Shown here piece by piece: positions 38,793-47,700 of a stretch of 64,000 nucleotides of DNA. The notes beneath the pieces are model-generated. The model ran no database searches and had not been told where the DNA came from. It saw nothing but the letters and a program-made list of their open reading frames with translations. This DNA comes from a bacterium. GTDB taxonomy: Bacteria > UBA10199 > 2-02-FULL-44-16 > JAAZCA01. The number at the start of each line of letters is the position of its first letter. The first letter of the stretch is position 1. A program made the position numbers and the translations under genes. The stretch lies in assembly GCA_963674695.2 (NCBI GenBank), contig CAXXGI010000001.1:736001-800000 (forward strand), written 5' to 3'.

Positions 38793-39173
38793 TCACCACG
38801 ATCCATAGCCGGGCGTCTGACTTGCAACCCACCCACCTGCTGAATCGTAGGCAAAAGGCGTTTCAAATGGATCCACGATCTCGCCATCCCCATTGACCGT
38901 GACGAATTCGACGAAGCGACGACGACGAACATCGTCGGGCAACGTATAGGATGCCGTCGCCAATTCGACGAGCGACCCGGGAAAGCGCTGCTTGACGATC
39001 TTGAAAAGATTGACCCCCTGCCGAAGCATGGCCAGCTCATACATGAGTGCACGTTCCTTACCGACCTTGTCTTCGAGATTGTAAGTACGCGCCATGAACG
39101 AAATGGCGACAACGAAGATGACGATGAGGACGACGATCTCCCATGTGGCGCGCGTTGGATTTTTAAGGCTCAT
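38793..39173 (-). CDS. Pilin/pseudopilin-like (GspG-like) small protein, paralog A
   Basis: WE plus hydrophobic helix; LRQGV..F, PGSLVEL and DPFETPFAY. Confidence 0.65.
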   Translation of the reverse strand: MSLKNPTRATWEIVVLIVIFVVAISFMARTYNLEDKVGKERALMYELAMLRQGVNLFKIVKQRFPGSLVELATASYTLPDDVRRRRFVEFVTVNGDGEIVDPFETPFAYDSAGGWVASQTPGYGSW

Positions 39174-39288
39174 GATCCCCTCTGATCGGAATCGACAATT
39201 GTTTCGGGACCTTACCATACGACCCAACACTTGCCAAGCGCTTCTCTCGAAACAGCAAACACGAGCAGGACACCATCACAAGCGATCG

Positions 39289-40098
39289 TCATCGGACGAC
39301 CAGAAGCTCATAGACGAACAAAACCACCTCCACGGTGATGAGAACGATGATGGTCCATTCCAGATAGTTGGCATGCCGATACTGCAGCAACGTGGAGATC
39401 AGCTCGAGATTCTCCTGGATCATGCGCAGCTTATAATCGACCGTCCGGTACCGATCGCGAATCTCGAACATATCGACGGCATCACGGTAGAGGCGATCGA
39501 GCACCTGATCCTCCCAGGTCTCGTCCGGCTTATCGAGCAGGTAGAGCGATGCGACCAACTGCTGCTTGTTGGTGATACACTGACCGATGAAGCGCTTGAT
39601 CTCGCCCTCGCGCCGCACCAGCCGCCCACGGGAACGCAGGTCGTGGCCGATATCGCCCGTCTTCGAAAACAGTTCGTCCACCTTGATCTCGAAGTATTCC
39701 AGCGCTGTCGACTGCGCCAGGACAAATGCGATCAGTTCGATGCGATCGAGCGAAAACGCATCGAGGACAGCGACCTCGAAGCCGATGGCGCTGCGCTCGC
39801 CGGAGCGAAGCTCCAACGTGAACTCCTCGCTGATGATTTCGGGCTTCTCGCCGATGAGGACCGCCAGTTTTTCAATGACGGCCCGCTGCCGCTGAGGCGA
39901 CACGTTGAAGAAGACGACCGAGCCGAAGCGATAGATGAAGAAGAAGCGATCTTCCCCTTCCCGAAAAATGAGTTTGGTGGCCGACTGCACATGCGCCGCC
40001 CCCTCGAAGAGGCGATCCACCTCTTTAAGTTTGAGCGTCTCCGTAACGTGATAGGCGGTCATGCCGACACGGGTGACTTCCGAAATGGATGCATTCAT
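39289..40098 (-). CDS. RMD1/DUF155 family protein
   Basis: FRYG-like YRFGSVVFFN, LAQSTALEYFE, LDKPDETWE and LEWTIIVLI. Confidence 0.9.
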   Translation of the reverse strand: MNASISEVTRVGMTAYHVTETLKLKEVDRLFEGAAHVQSATKLIFREGEDRFFFIYRFGSVVFFNVSPQRQRAVIEKLAVLIGEKPEIISEEFTLELRSGERSAIGFEVAVLDAFSLDRIELIAFVLAQSTALEYFEIKVDELFSKTGDIGHDLRSRGRLVRREGEIKRFIGQCITNKQQLVASLYLLDKPDETWEDQVLDRLYRDAVDMFEIRDRYRTVDYKLRMIQENLELISTLLQYRHANYLEWTIIVLITVEVVLFVYELLVVR

Positions 40099-40234
40099 AT
40101 CGAACCCCCTTTCCGGCAGGTATCATATCGATGCTCCATCGGCGGTGCAAGGCCACACCGTATTTTTGCCTTTGCTTTTCAGCCATTCGCGGACTATCCC
40201 CTGGCACGTCACAGTCCTTCTCCAGGAGGTTTTC

Positions 40235-41614
40235 ATGCAGCTCTCCGAACGCGGCGCCATCCGCAGCGCCATCGCCGATGGCGGTTTTCATCTCTATCCG
40301 GCCGGACACCTGGTCGAGATCATCCAAGAGGGACTCGCAGGCGATGGGCTTCGCGACAACTTCGACCCGACCACGACACCCGCCAAGGTCATGCGCGTGG
40401 CGGGCCCGGAGGGACATGCGCGGGCCATCTTCGAACGCGACCGAGCGCTCCTGTGTGAGCGCCTCGAACGCATGAGCCCCGACTACGACATCGAGTCGGT
40501 CTTCACGCGCATGATGGCCGCCGCACCGGCGATGGCCAAACGCTATTACGGCATCGATGATTTTTCCGTTCCCCACCCAAAGGTGGTCGAATATTTCTTC
40601 GAGGGATACAACGATCTCTACAAGGACGGCGACTGGTTCGCCTTCAACGTCAATTCGGCTGAAGCGAAGGAGCTGGATGTTCCGATCGGCATCTACTTCA
40701 AGCGCGATCAGGTCTCACCGGGGCATCCGGAGCTGACCACGCTGCACGAAGCCAACCACGCCATGCAGGATGCCGCGGGGCTCGCCGCCGCCGGGCATCA
40801 CTACATCCCCTGGATGGACGAAGGATTTGCCGATGCCCTCGGGCGCTGCATGCTCGCGCGTGCCACCGAGGACTGGGAGTTGATCGCCAAGCTCAAGGCC
40901 TCGCGCATGGAGGTCGAAGTCACCGATCCGCGCAAGGTCACCTATCACTACGGCGAAGAGACCGCCGCGCTCATCCTCCTGCGCGGACGACTCCCCTTCT
41001 TCCGGGCGCTGCTCAAGGCCCGCGCACGCGAGCCCTTCGCCATCGACTGGAACACGTTTGCCTGCCGCATCAAAGAGGGGTTCGATCCGCACGTGGCGCT
41101 GGCCACCTCGTATCGCGGGAAGAAACCCGAGGCCTTCCGCAAACAGTTCGACCGCGAGGAGAGTCAGTTCCGCAAAGAACCCGACTTCGACCAGATGGAC
41201 CTGCGCGTCCTCTCCCTCTTTCTAGCCACGCAAGCGCCGGCTTGCATCCCGACCGACGAATACGAGGCCGCCCTCTGGCTCACGGCTGCCGTGAACGAGC
41301 GCCCCTGCCCCTACCCGGTCGATCCGAGCGCCGTCCCCGAAGAGCTTCGGGCAAAGATTCCGGCCTGGAGAGGCGATGCACCGATCCCGGCCGAGACCAT
41401 CCCGGTCGAGCTGTGGGAGAAGGCCCCCATCCTCGCCACCAAGATCGTCATCCCCGAAGGGGACGTGCCACACGAACTCAACGCCGGCGTGGCCGCGCTG
41501 GCGGCGAAGTACTTCATCCTGAAGCGATCGATCGGCGGCGTAACCGTCTACGAACCCTACGGCGGCGGGCTCCCCTATCGCATGGCGACGGGGGAGGTCA
41601 GGTGTGCGTATTAG
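40235..41614 (+). CDS. Hypothetical protein with gluzincin-type HExxH...EG motif
   Basis: LHEANHAMQ followed by WMDEGFAD; GGAGG RBS at 40225. Confidence 0.65.
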   Translation: MQLSERGAIRSAIADGGFHLYPAGHLVEIIQEGLAGDGLRDNFDPTTTPAKVMRVAGPEGHARAIFERDRALLCERLERMSPDYDIESVFTRMMAAAPAMAKRYYGIDDFSVPHPKVVEYFFEGYNDLYKDGDWFAFNVNSAEAKELDVPIGIYFKRDQVSPGHPELTTLHEANHAMQDAAGLAAAGHHYIPWMDEGFADALGRCMLARATEDWELIAKLKASRMEVEVTDPRKVTYHYGEETAALILLRGRLPFFRALLKARAREPFAIDWNTFACRIKEGFDPHVALATSYRGKKPEAFRKQFDREESQFRKEPDFDQMDLRVLSLFLATQAPACIPTDEYEAALWLTAAVNERPCPYPVDPSAVPEELRAKIPAWRGDAPIPAETIPVELWEKAPILATKIVIPEGDVPHELNAGVAALAAKYFILKRSIGGVTVYEPYGGGLPYRMATGEVRCAY

Positions 41615-42855
41615 GGGAGCAGCAGTTTCTTGAGGTGCTTGGAATTGATCTGGTAGATCAGCGTCTTCCCCTTCCGACCCTCGATCAGGAGATCGTGTTC
41701 GACCAATCGCTTTAAGAGCTGCCTCGCCATCTCATGCGTCTTCTTGATGTCATCGGCATACTCCCGAATGGTCATCTTTCTGTATTTCTGCAGCGCCAAT
41801 TTCTGAAGCAGAATGACCTGGGCATCGCTCAAATTGAATCGTTCCTTCAGCGCCCATATGTTTTGCAAAAAATCGATCTTGCGAGAAACCTCTTCGAGCG
41901 CCACCTTCAATGAGTCCAGCGAGAAATCGACAAAATAGGTGACATCACCCTCATGACTGACCGCATTTTCAAACGACCGCTCATAGCGTTTCCCGTGACG
42001 CTTCAAATCTGCGGAGATGGAGAGCATCTCCAAGAATTTCAGATCGCGTTTGATTCCATTGAAGTAGAAGACCGTTCTCGCCGTCCGCCCATTACCATCG
42101 AAGAACGGGTGAATATAGGCCACAAAATAGTGTAATAAAATACCCTGAACCAAGGGGTGAATAAACCGTGGATTCTGCGTGCACTGAAGAATTGATTCCC
42201 GCAGCGCCATCTCTATGAGCCCATGTTCTATTCCGGTGTGTTTGCCGATGTAGACGACATCATCCCTGAACCTCCCCACATAATTCACCAAATCACCCTC
42301 CATGGTGCCCTGGGTAACGATGGTATGCATGGTCAAGAGGGCATCGATATTCAGAGGGGAATCTTTATGCTCTTTTATCCACTCAAGCGCCCTAAGATTA
42401 TTGATCAACATCTGCTCCGCTCTATCTCTTGGCTGACGCTTTTCGGCAATCAACTGCTTCGCCTTGGTCCGTGTGGTATTGGCCCCTTCGTAGATCGCAG
42501 AGGTGACGGCCTCTTCGATCTTGGCGTTCAGAAAGAAATCCTCTTCGAATGTCCTGCTGCTGTGGATCTTGTCATAGATTTCGATCCCCATCCTCTCGAC
42601 TTCGGAGACCTTCTTTCGGATACAATCCGCTTCGAAATACCAGAAGAGGGCATCGATGGAGGGAATGGCCAGCGGCAACGATTGAAGCTTTCGCGTATCC
42701 TCGATCCTTTTCGAGAGCTGTTTCCATGATTCGCCCTGTCCATCCAATCCGACCCGATGACGGATATCCTCCAAGGGAAGGTAGCGCTCATGCGAATATT
42801 TGATCCAAATCGGATCGTTTCGAAATTGGAAGTCATCCCGCAATGAATTCGCCAT
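41611..42855 (-). CDS. Fic family protein with C-terminal HTH
   Basis: HPFFDGNGRTAR; SAIYEG inhibitory motif. Confidence 0.92.
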   Translation of the reverse strand: MANSLRDDFQFRNDPIWIKYSHERYLPLEDIRHRVGLDGQGESWKQLSKRIEDTRKLQSLPLAIPSIDALFWYFEADCIRKKVSEVERMGIEIYDKIHSSRTFEEDFFLNAKIEEAVTSAIYEGANTTRTKAKQLIAEKRQPRDRAEQMLINNLRALEWIKEHKDSPLNIDALLTMHTIVTQGTMEGDLVNYVGRFRDDVVYIGKHTGIEHGLIEMALRESILQCTQNPRFIHPLVQGILLHYFVAYIHPFFDGNGRTARTVFYFNGIKRDLKFLEMLSISADLKRHGKRYERSFENAVSHEGDVTYFVDFSLDSLKVALEEVSRKIDFLQNIWALKERFNLSDAQVILLQKLALQKYRKMTIREYADDIKKTHEMARQLLKRLVEHDLLIEGRKGKTLIYQINSKHLKKLLLP

Positions 42856-43196
42856 ATTTCGCCTCCGTTTGCCCTTTATACGAGAGGGGAGGTCTTATGA
42901 CAATAATTAATGCAAATACTTGGATTCAAATTTGGATACAACTGTCGGAAGTATCTTTAACCTATTGAAATAATTGCTTATATGAGATTAATCAGAACAG
43001 ACAAATTATATCCAAATAAATGGACCAATATTTGGATGATATCGGCGCAATCCCGAAATATGCCCATATATGAAGGGGTTGGAATTCCAAACGGATTGCC
43101 GGGAGATTTGGAGAAGGGCAATTCAGGAGATTCGCCCATCGGCCCGGAAGCTAAAGCGATAGGATCCATCCGTCGCGGGGCATTGGAGCCTACCCC

Positions 43197-44288
43197 TTAT
43201 CCTCCCGGAAAGACCGCGCTGGGGTAGTCGTAAATATACCCACCCTCCGGTTTCTCCCTCTGTTGAAAAACATCGAAGGTCGCCTGAAGGTTCTGCTTGG
43301 CCTTATCGCCGCTCGTGTCGAGCCAGTCGCGCACGCCCAGCAGGAAGGCCGCGGCGCGCGCTTGGAAGATGCGATCGATGACATCCGGCTTATCTCCCGC
43401 CACCGTGCGATTCGGCTCGAAAATCATCTCGACAAGCCCGGGAAAAACATCTGAAGCGGCCAACTCCATGCGATAGGCGACGGCATCGGAAAGCTGTCCC
43501 TGACGATAATCAAGATGGAACGGAGCATCTCCGGAGAGCTTCCCAAACGGTTTGGCATTCGATATATCCTCCGACGTTTCGTAGACAATCGATTTCCCGT
43601 AATGACGAACGGTGGGAAAACTCGTGGGGCCGACGCGATATCGCAACAGATCGTTCCAGTCGCTCTCCCGAATGAAGATGCGCGCGCCAAGTTCGCCCGA
43701 GGGAAAGACATATTGGAGCGCATCCTTCTCCTCTATCGGTCTCCCCTCACGGATAAGATCTGTCAGGGCAACGGTCCTGCCCCCGCTCCTGATTACCCTT
43801 TCAACCGAACGCGCGAGCTTCTTCATCCAGCTCGAGCTCTGGGCCGCTTGAATCCCCGTGTTCATCCAGGGTTCCATCCCTAAAGGCTGAGACCCGGCAA
43901 AACTCAAGGGAAAGGCCATACGATGAAGGGCAAATCGGGCGAGTTTAAAGACGTCAGCATTTTCCTTCTTTGTCTTCCCGCGCTCGGCAGCAAATTGGAA
44001 GGCATTGAACGCTTCAAAAAGAATTTGAAATTCATGTTCACAAGCATACTCCTTGTCACGATTCCCATGATCGTGTGCACCGGGCGCCTTCACCGTCTTC
44101 CGCAAAACGGGGACCACGCTCTCGCCTTTGCTGAAAGAATACTGACTATTCGCGATATCTCGACGATAGCGATCCTCGACGAGCAGATCGACGGCATCGA
44201 AGAGATGGCTCTCATCCAGCGCCGCCCGCGCTGCATCGGCAACGAGTTCATATTCCGACGCCAAAAAGAGGGTCGGCTGAGAGAGCAC
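43197..44288 (-). CDS. Hypothetical protein (start uncertain)
   Basis: 363-aa ORF with no recognisable motif. Confidence 0.55.
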   Translation of the reverse strand: MLSQPTLFLASEYELVADAARAALDESHLFDAVDLLVEDRYRRDIANSQYSFSKGESVVPVLRKTVKAPGAHDHGNRDKEYACEHEFQILFEAFNAFQFAAERGKTKKENADVFKLARFALHRMAFPLSFAGSQPLGMEPWMNTGIQAAQSSSWMKKLARSVERVIRSGGRTVALTDLIREGRPIEEKDALQYVFPSGELGARIFIRESDWNDLLRYRVGPTSFPTVRHYGKSIVYETSEDISNAKPFGKLSGDAPFHLDYRQGQLSDAVAYRMELAASDVFPGLVEMIFEPNRTVAGDKPDVIDRIFQARAAAFLLGVRDWLDTSGDKAKQNLQATFDVFQQREKPEGGYIYDYPSAVFPGG

Positions 44289-44442
44289 ATAAGCTGATGG
44301 GGGAACTGCCTAAGAGCATGGACATAACGCCTCCTTGCCAAATTCCTTATCGCAATCCCGATCATCGAGTCGAGAAAAATTATACGACATTTTAATGATG
44401 TCAGAATACTGAGAAGGGGTCTCGCAGCCGACGATGCACGAC

Positions 44443-45096
44443 CTACGGCGAAGGCGTGAAGGTGTATTCGTAGCGCTTGCGGGCCTTGGCCTTGGGATCT
44501 GAGGCGCGTTTCGGATCGACGCTCCAGGCCTGGTAGATGATCTTTCGATCCGGCGTCGTAATCGTCCAGAAGGAACGCGCGTCGGCACCGCCTTCGCAGG
44601 GCATTCCCGCTCCCTGCGGGCAATCGATGTAGAATCCCTCGACGCCATCACGGACCAGGAGCGTGGCGTGATAGAGGGCGATCTCCTTGCCGTCCGCATC
44701 GAGCTCGCGCTGCACGAGGCGGTTGCCCTTCCACTCCCAGATCTCGTCGACGCCCGCATCCGGACATTTGAAGCGAAAGACGCAGGCATCACCCTGCTTG
44801 GTCACCACGAGTGTGGCCTGTTTCTTGTGCAGCTTCTGATTCACCGACCAGGTCGTGCCGATGAAACGCCCCGGCTTGCACTCGATGGCCTGCGCCGCGT
44901 GAGGCCAGAGGATTGTTATGATGAGTATGGCCGGCAGGGTGCATTTCAAAACGAAGTCTGTCATCCTGAACCCTTCGACGTTGCTCAGGACAGGCTCCGC
45001 GAAGGATCTCCGTAAATTCTCGGGGGATTCTTCGCGTTGCCCAGAATGACAAATCCGAGAAACACCGTTTTTAACTGTGCCCATCAACAATTTCAT
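44443..45096 (-). CDS. Secreted hypothetical protein (start 45096 or 44964; REP in 5' part)
   Basis: Signal-like LPAILIITILWPHAAQA; Cys pairs; ATGA overlap with the upstream stop. Confidence 0.6.
   Translation of the reverse strand: MKLLMGTVKNGVSRICHSGQREESPENLRRSFAEPVLSNVEGFRMTDFVLKCTLPAILIITILWPHAAQAIECKPGRFIGTTWSVNQKLHKKQATLVVTKQGDACVFRFKCPDAGVDEIWEWKGNRLVQRELDADGKEIALYHATLLVRDGVEGFYIDCPQGAGMPCEGGADARSFWTITTPDRKIIYQAWSVDPKRASDPKAKARKRYEYTFTPSP
44959..45051. repeat. REP-like palindrome (TGTCATYCTGA...CAGAATGACA family)
   Basis: 93-bp element with terminal IRs; related to 49756-49853. Confidence 0.75.
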
Positions 45097-45974
45097 CTTC
45101 CACCCACTGTTTTCACCTGCGCATCCGGCTTGCGCAACAGAAACTCATCGCGCAGATACCCCTTGCGATCGACCACCTTCACCGCCACACGCGGGCCCGC
45201 GACCTCGAAGAACATAAAGTGATTGAAGCCGCTGTAGAGCGGCGCGCCCGCGCCTCCCGTGACGATGTACTCGACGCCGTCGTGGGGATAGCGCTTGTAG
45301 GTGTGCTCGTGCCCCGCAAAAACCGCATCGACCTTCTCCTTCTTGAAGAGGGCATGCAGCGCATCGCGCTGCTTTGGATAGCGATCGAGCGAGCTGCCGT
45401 AGTGGCTCGCCCCCTTCCAGAGGTAGAGCGGATGGTGCAGGAAGACGAACTGATGTTCATACCGCTTTGCATCGAGCGTGCGCCTCAACCACTTGAGCTG
45501 TTCGCCCGCGATGCGCCGATCGTGTCCCGGCTCGCAGGTGTTGAGGACGACGAAGAGATCATCGCCGACGACAAAGGAATAGTAGGTCTCCTTGCCGGGC
45601 AGGTCGACCACCTCGCGCCAGACCTGCTGGCTCTGTGCATCATCGATGTCGTGATTGCCGGGCGTAAGAAAATATGGGACGTCGATGGGCTTGGAGAGTT
45701 CGAAGAAGTGCGCCCACTGTTTGCGATTGCCCGGATGCGGAATGATGTCGCCCGTGTTCATGATGAACATCGGCTTGCGCGCCATGGTCCCCGCAACGAT
45801 CTTCTTATACACCCGATCGCCGGAACGATTGTCGCCGATCACGGCGAAGGTATAGTCGCCCTTGTGCGACGCCAGCGTCTTGAGCGACTGCTTCATCTGT
45901 GCCGATTCCGCATGCGCGACACCGGCCACACCCATGACCACCAGCACCAATATAATGAGGCCCATCCGTCTCAT
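45093..45974 (-). CDS. Secreted calcineurin-like metallophosphoesterase
   Basis: GD, GD, GNHD, HHP and GHEH motifs; signal peptide. Confidence 0.92.
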   Translation of the reverse strand: MRRMGLIILVLVVMGVAGVAHAESAQMKQSLKTLASHKGDYTFAVIGDNRSGDRVYKKIVAGTMARKPMFIMNTGDIIPHPGNRKQWAHFFELSKPIDVPYFLTPGNHDIDDAQSQQVWREVVDLPGKETYYSFVVGDDLFVVLNTCEPGHDRRIAGEQLKWLRRTLDAKRYEHQFVFLHHPLYLWKGASHYGSSLDRYPKQRDALHALFKKEKVDAVFAGHEHTYKRYPHDGVEYIVTGGAGAPLYSGFNHFMFFEVAGPRVAVKVVDRKGYLRDEFLLRKPDAQVKTVGGR

Positions 45975-46037
45975 ATCCACCTCCTCCCCCCAGCAATAGA
46001 ATTCGCCCCGCCGACCGTCAATGCCGTTTTTAAAACC

Positions 46038-46154
46038 GACCATGGACCAAAGACGATGGACTGTGGACCATGGACCCAAGGCATTTATGCCTCTGGTTTT
46101 GGTCTATGGTCTATGGTCTATGGTCTATGGTCTATGGTCTATGGTCTATGGTCT
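46038..46154. repeat. Inverted pair of 7-mer tandem arrays (GACCATG-like / GGTCTAT x7.7)
   Basis: Degenerate GACCATG units at 46038-46076 face a perfect GGTCTAT array at 46101-46154. Confidence 0.8.
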
Positions 46155-46175
46155 TGATGTTGGCCTTCAAAAGGG

Positions 46176-46400
46176 TCAGTCTTCTTCGTCCCAGGTCTCG
46201 ATGTCGACATCGGCGACGGGTTTGAGATCGGCCTCGACGATGGCACCCTCTTCCGCGGAGGCGACCTCATCCCAGGACTGTTCGAGCTGCGCCCATTCCT
46301 CCTCCGTCAGATCCGCTGCGCTGCCGCAGGCCGACACGAAGGGGAGGACGAAGATCAGGGTGAACATGACGATGATGATGAGATGACGGGGACGAGACAT
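46176..46400 (-). CDS. Small acidic lipoprotein
   Basis: VSAC lipobox, AAGGAG RBS, sigma54 promoter upstream. Confidence 0.7.
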   Translation of the reverse strand: MSRPRHLIIIVMFTLIFVLPFVSACGSAADLTEEEWAQLEQSWDEVASAEEGAIVEADLKPVADVDIETWDEED

Positions 46401-46466
46401 GAGCGCTCCTTTTCGTCTCCCCCGAGGCGATGAGCGTGCCGACTATCGGCACCACCTGCATAAAGA

Positions 46467-46483
46467 AGCAATTCCCGTGCCAA
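46467..46483 (-). promoter_or_regulatory. Sigma54 promoter for small lipoprotein 46176-46400
   Basis: Minus-strand TTGGCACGGGAATTGCT. Confidence 0.75.
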
Positions 46484-46725
46484 GCAAGCCCCGCATAACC
46501 CCCTGGATTTTATAAATAAAATTTTTCCGCCACCAGCAGAACCTCGCCAAACGGGGGGTTGCGCTCCCATCGCCCGGAGAAATGAGACCCCACACGCCGT
46601 GGATCCCCTCCGCCGGTGAAAGCCGTTGCAATCTGAAAATGACCCGAGTACTGCTTCAAGCACATGATATTCCCGTATCTTTTGTGATGACGATGACCAA
46701 ACCGATACCGCTTCACGGAGGATCT

Positions 46726-47691
46726 ATGCGTACCAAACTGTTGCTGCTCATCGGTTGTTGCTGCCTCATCCTTGCGGTGGCCGTCTCTTGCTCAAAGCGC
46801 ACCGGCCCCTTGGGCTCGACAAAAAACCCCATTCGATTCTATTTCATGCCGCTCAAGGGCGAAGAGGTCTTCACGACCAACGCCAAGTTGATCGCGAATT
46901 CGATTGAGAAGAGCACGGGGCTCGTCGTCAAGGTGACCGAGGCCCCTGATTTTGTGACCATCATCAAGGCGCTCGGCACAGGGGATGCCGACATCGCCTT
47001 CATGAACACGTTGGGGTTTTTACTCGCACGAGATTGGGCGGGTGCAAACGCGCACCTCAAATATCTCTATGGCGACGTCTATTCGACCTATCGGGGAGAG
47101 CTCATCGCGCGCGCCGACAGCGGCATCGACAAGCCCGAGGACATGAACGGAAAGATCGTGGCCTTCACCGACCCCTATTCCGCTGCGGGTTATCTCTATG
47201 CGCTCAAATACCTGACCGATCACAACATCACGCCGAAGCAGACGCTCTTCGCCGGCGGACACAAGAAGGCGCTGGCGATGGTCTATGAGGGCAAGGCCGA
47301 TATCGCCGCCACCTATCATGAAAAACCGACCGCATCGGGGCTGGCACGCGATGCACGCACGGAGCTGCTCAAAGATCACCCCGACGCTATCACCGCGCTC
47401 AAGATCGTAGCGCTCACTGATCCCATTCCGACCGGACCCGTCGCGGTGCGCAAGAAACTGTCGTCCGAGACCACCGCCAAACTCGTGGGCGCGCTGATCG
47501 GGTTTGCGCGCACAGCCGAGGGACGCCAGGCACTCTATGACCTCTACAACATCACGGGACTGGCCGCGGCCAGCAACGCTGACTACGACGGCGTCCAGAA
47601 GGTGATCAAGGAACTCGGCAAGAGGGTTCAGGACCTCGTCCCTGGTGGCGCCCCCTACTATAAAACTGCGATCGAGATCGGACTAGAATAA
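46726..47691 (+). CDS. Phosphate/phosphite/phosphonate ABC substrate-binding lipoprotein (PhnD-like)
   Basis: ADIAFM, AFTDPYSAAGYLY, FAGGH and ADIAATY; AVSC lipobox. Confidence 0.85.
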   Translation: MRTKLLLLIGCCCLILAVAVSCSKRTGPLGSTKNPIRFYFMPLKGEEVFTTNAKLIANSIEKSTGLVVKVTEAPDFVTIIKALGTGDADIAFMNTLGFLLARDWAGANAHLKYLYGDVYSTYRGELIARADSGIDKPEDMNGKIVAFTDPYSAAGYLYALKYLTDHNITPKQTLFAGGHKKALAMVYEGKADIAATYHEKPTASGLARDARTELLKDHPDAITALKIVALTDPIPTGPVAVRKKLSSETTAKLVGALIGFARTAEGRQALYDLYNITGLAAASNADYDGVQKVIKELGKRVQDLVPGGAPYYKTAIEIGLE

Positions 47692-47700
47692 GGAGCAACC

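Noticed and set aside
40201-40217. CTGGCACG as another sigma54 promoter
   Set aside because: There is no TTGC/GC at the -12 position.
46530-46630. Possible riboswitch or ncRNA upstream of the PhnD-like gene
   Set aside because: GC-rich stems are present, but I could not recognise any family consensus.
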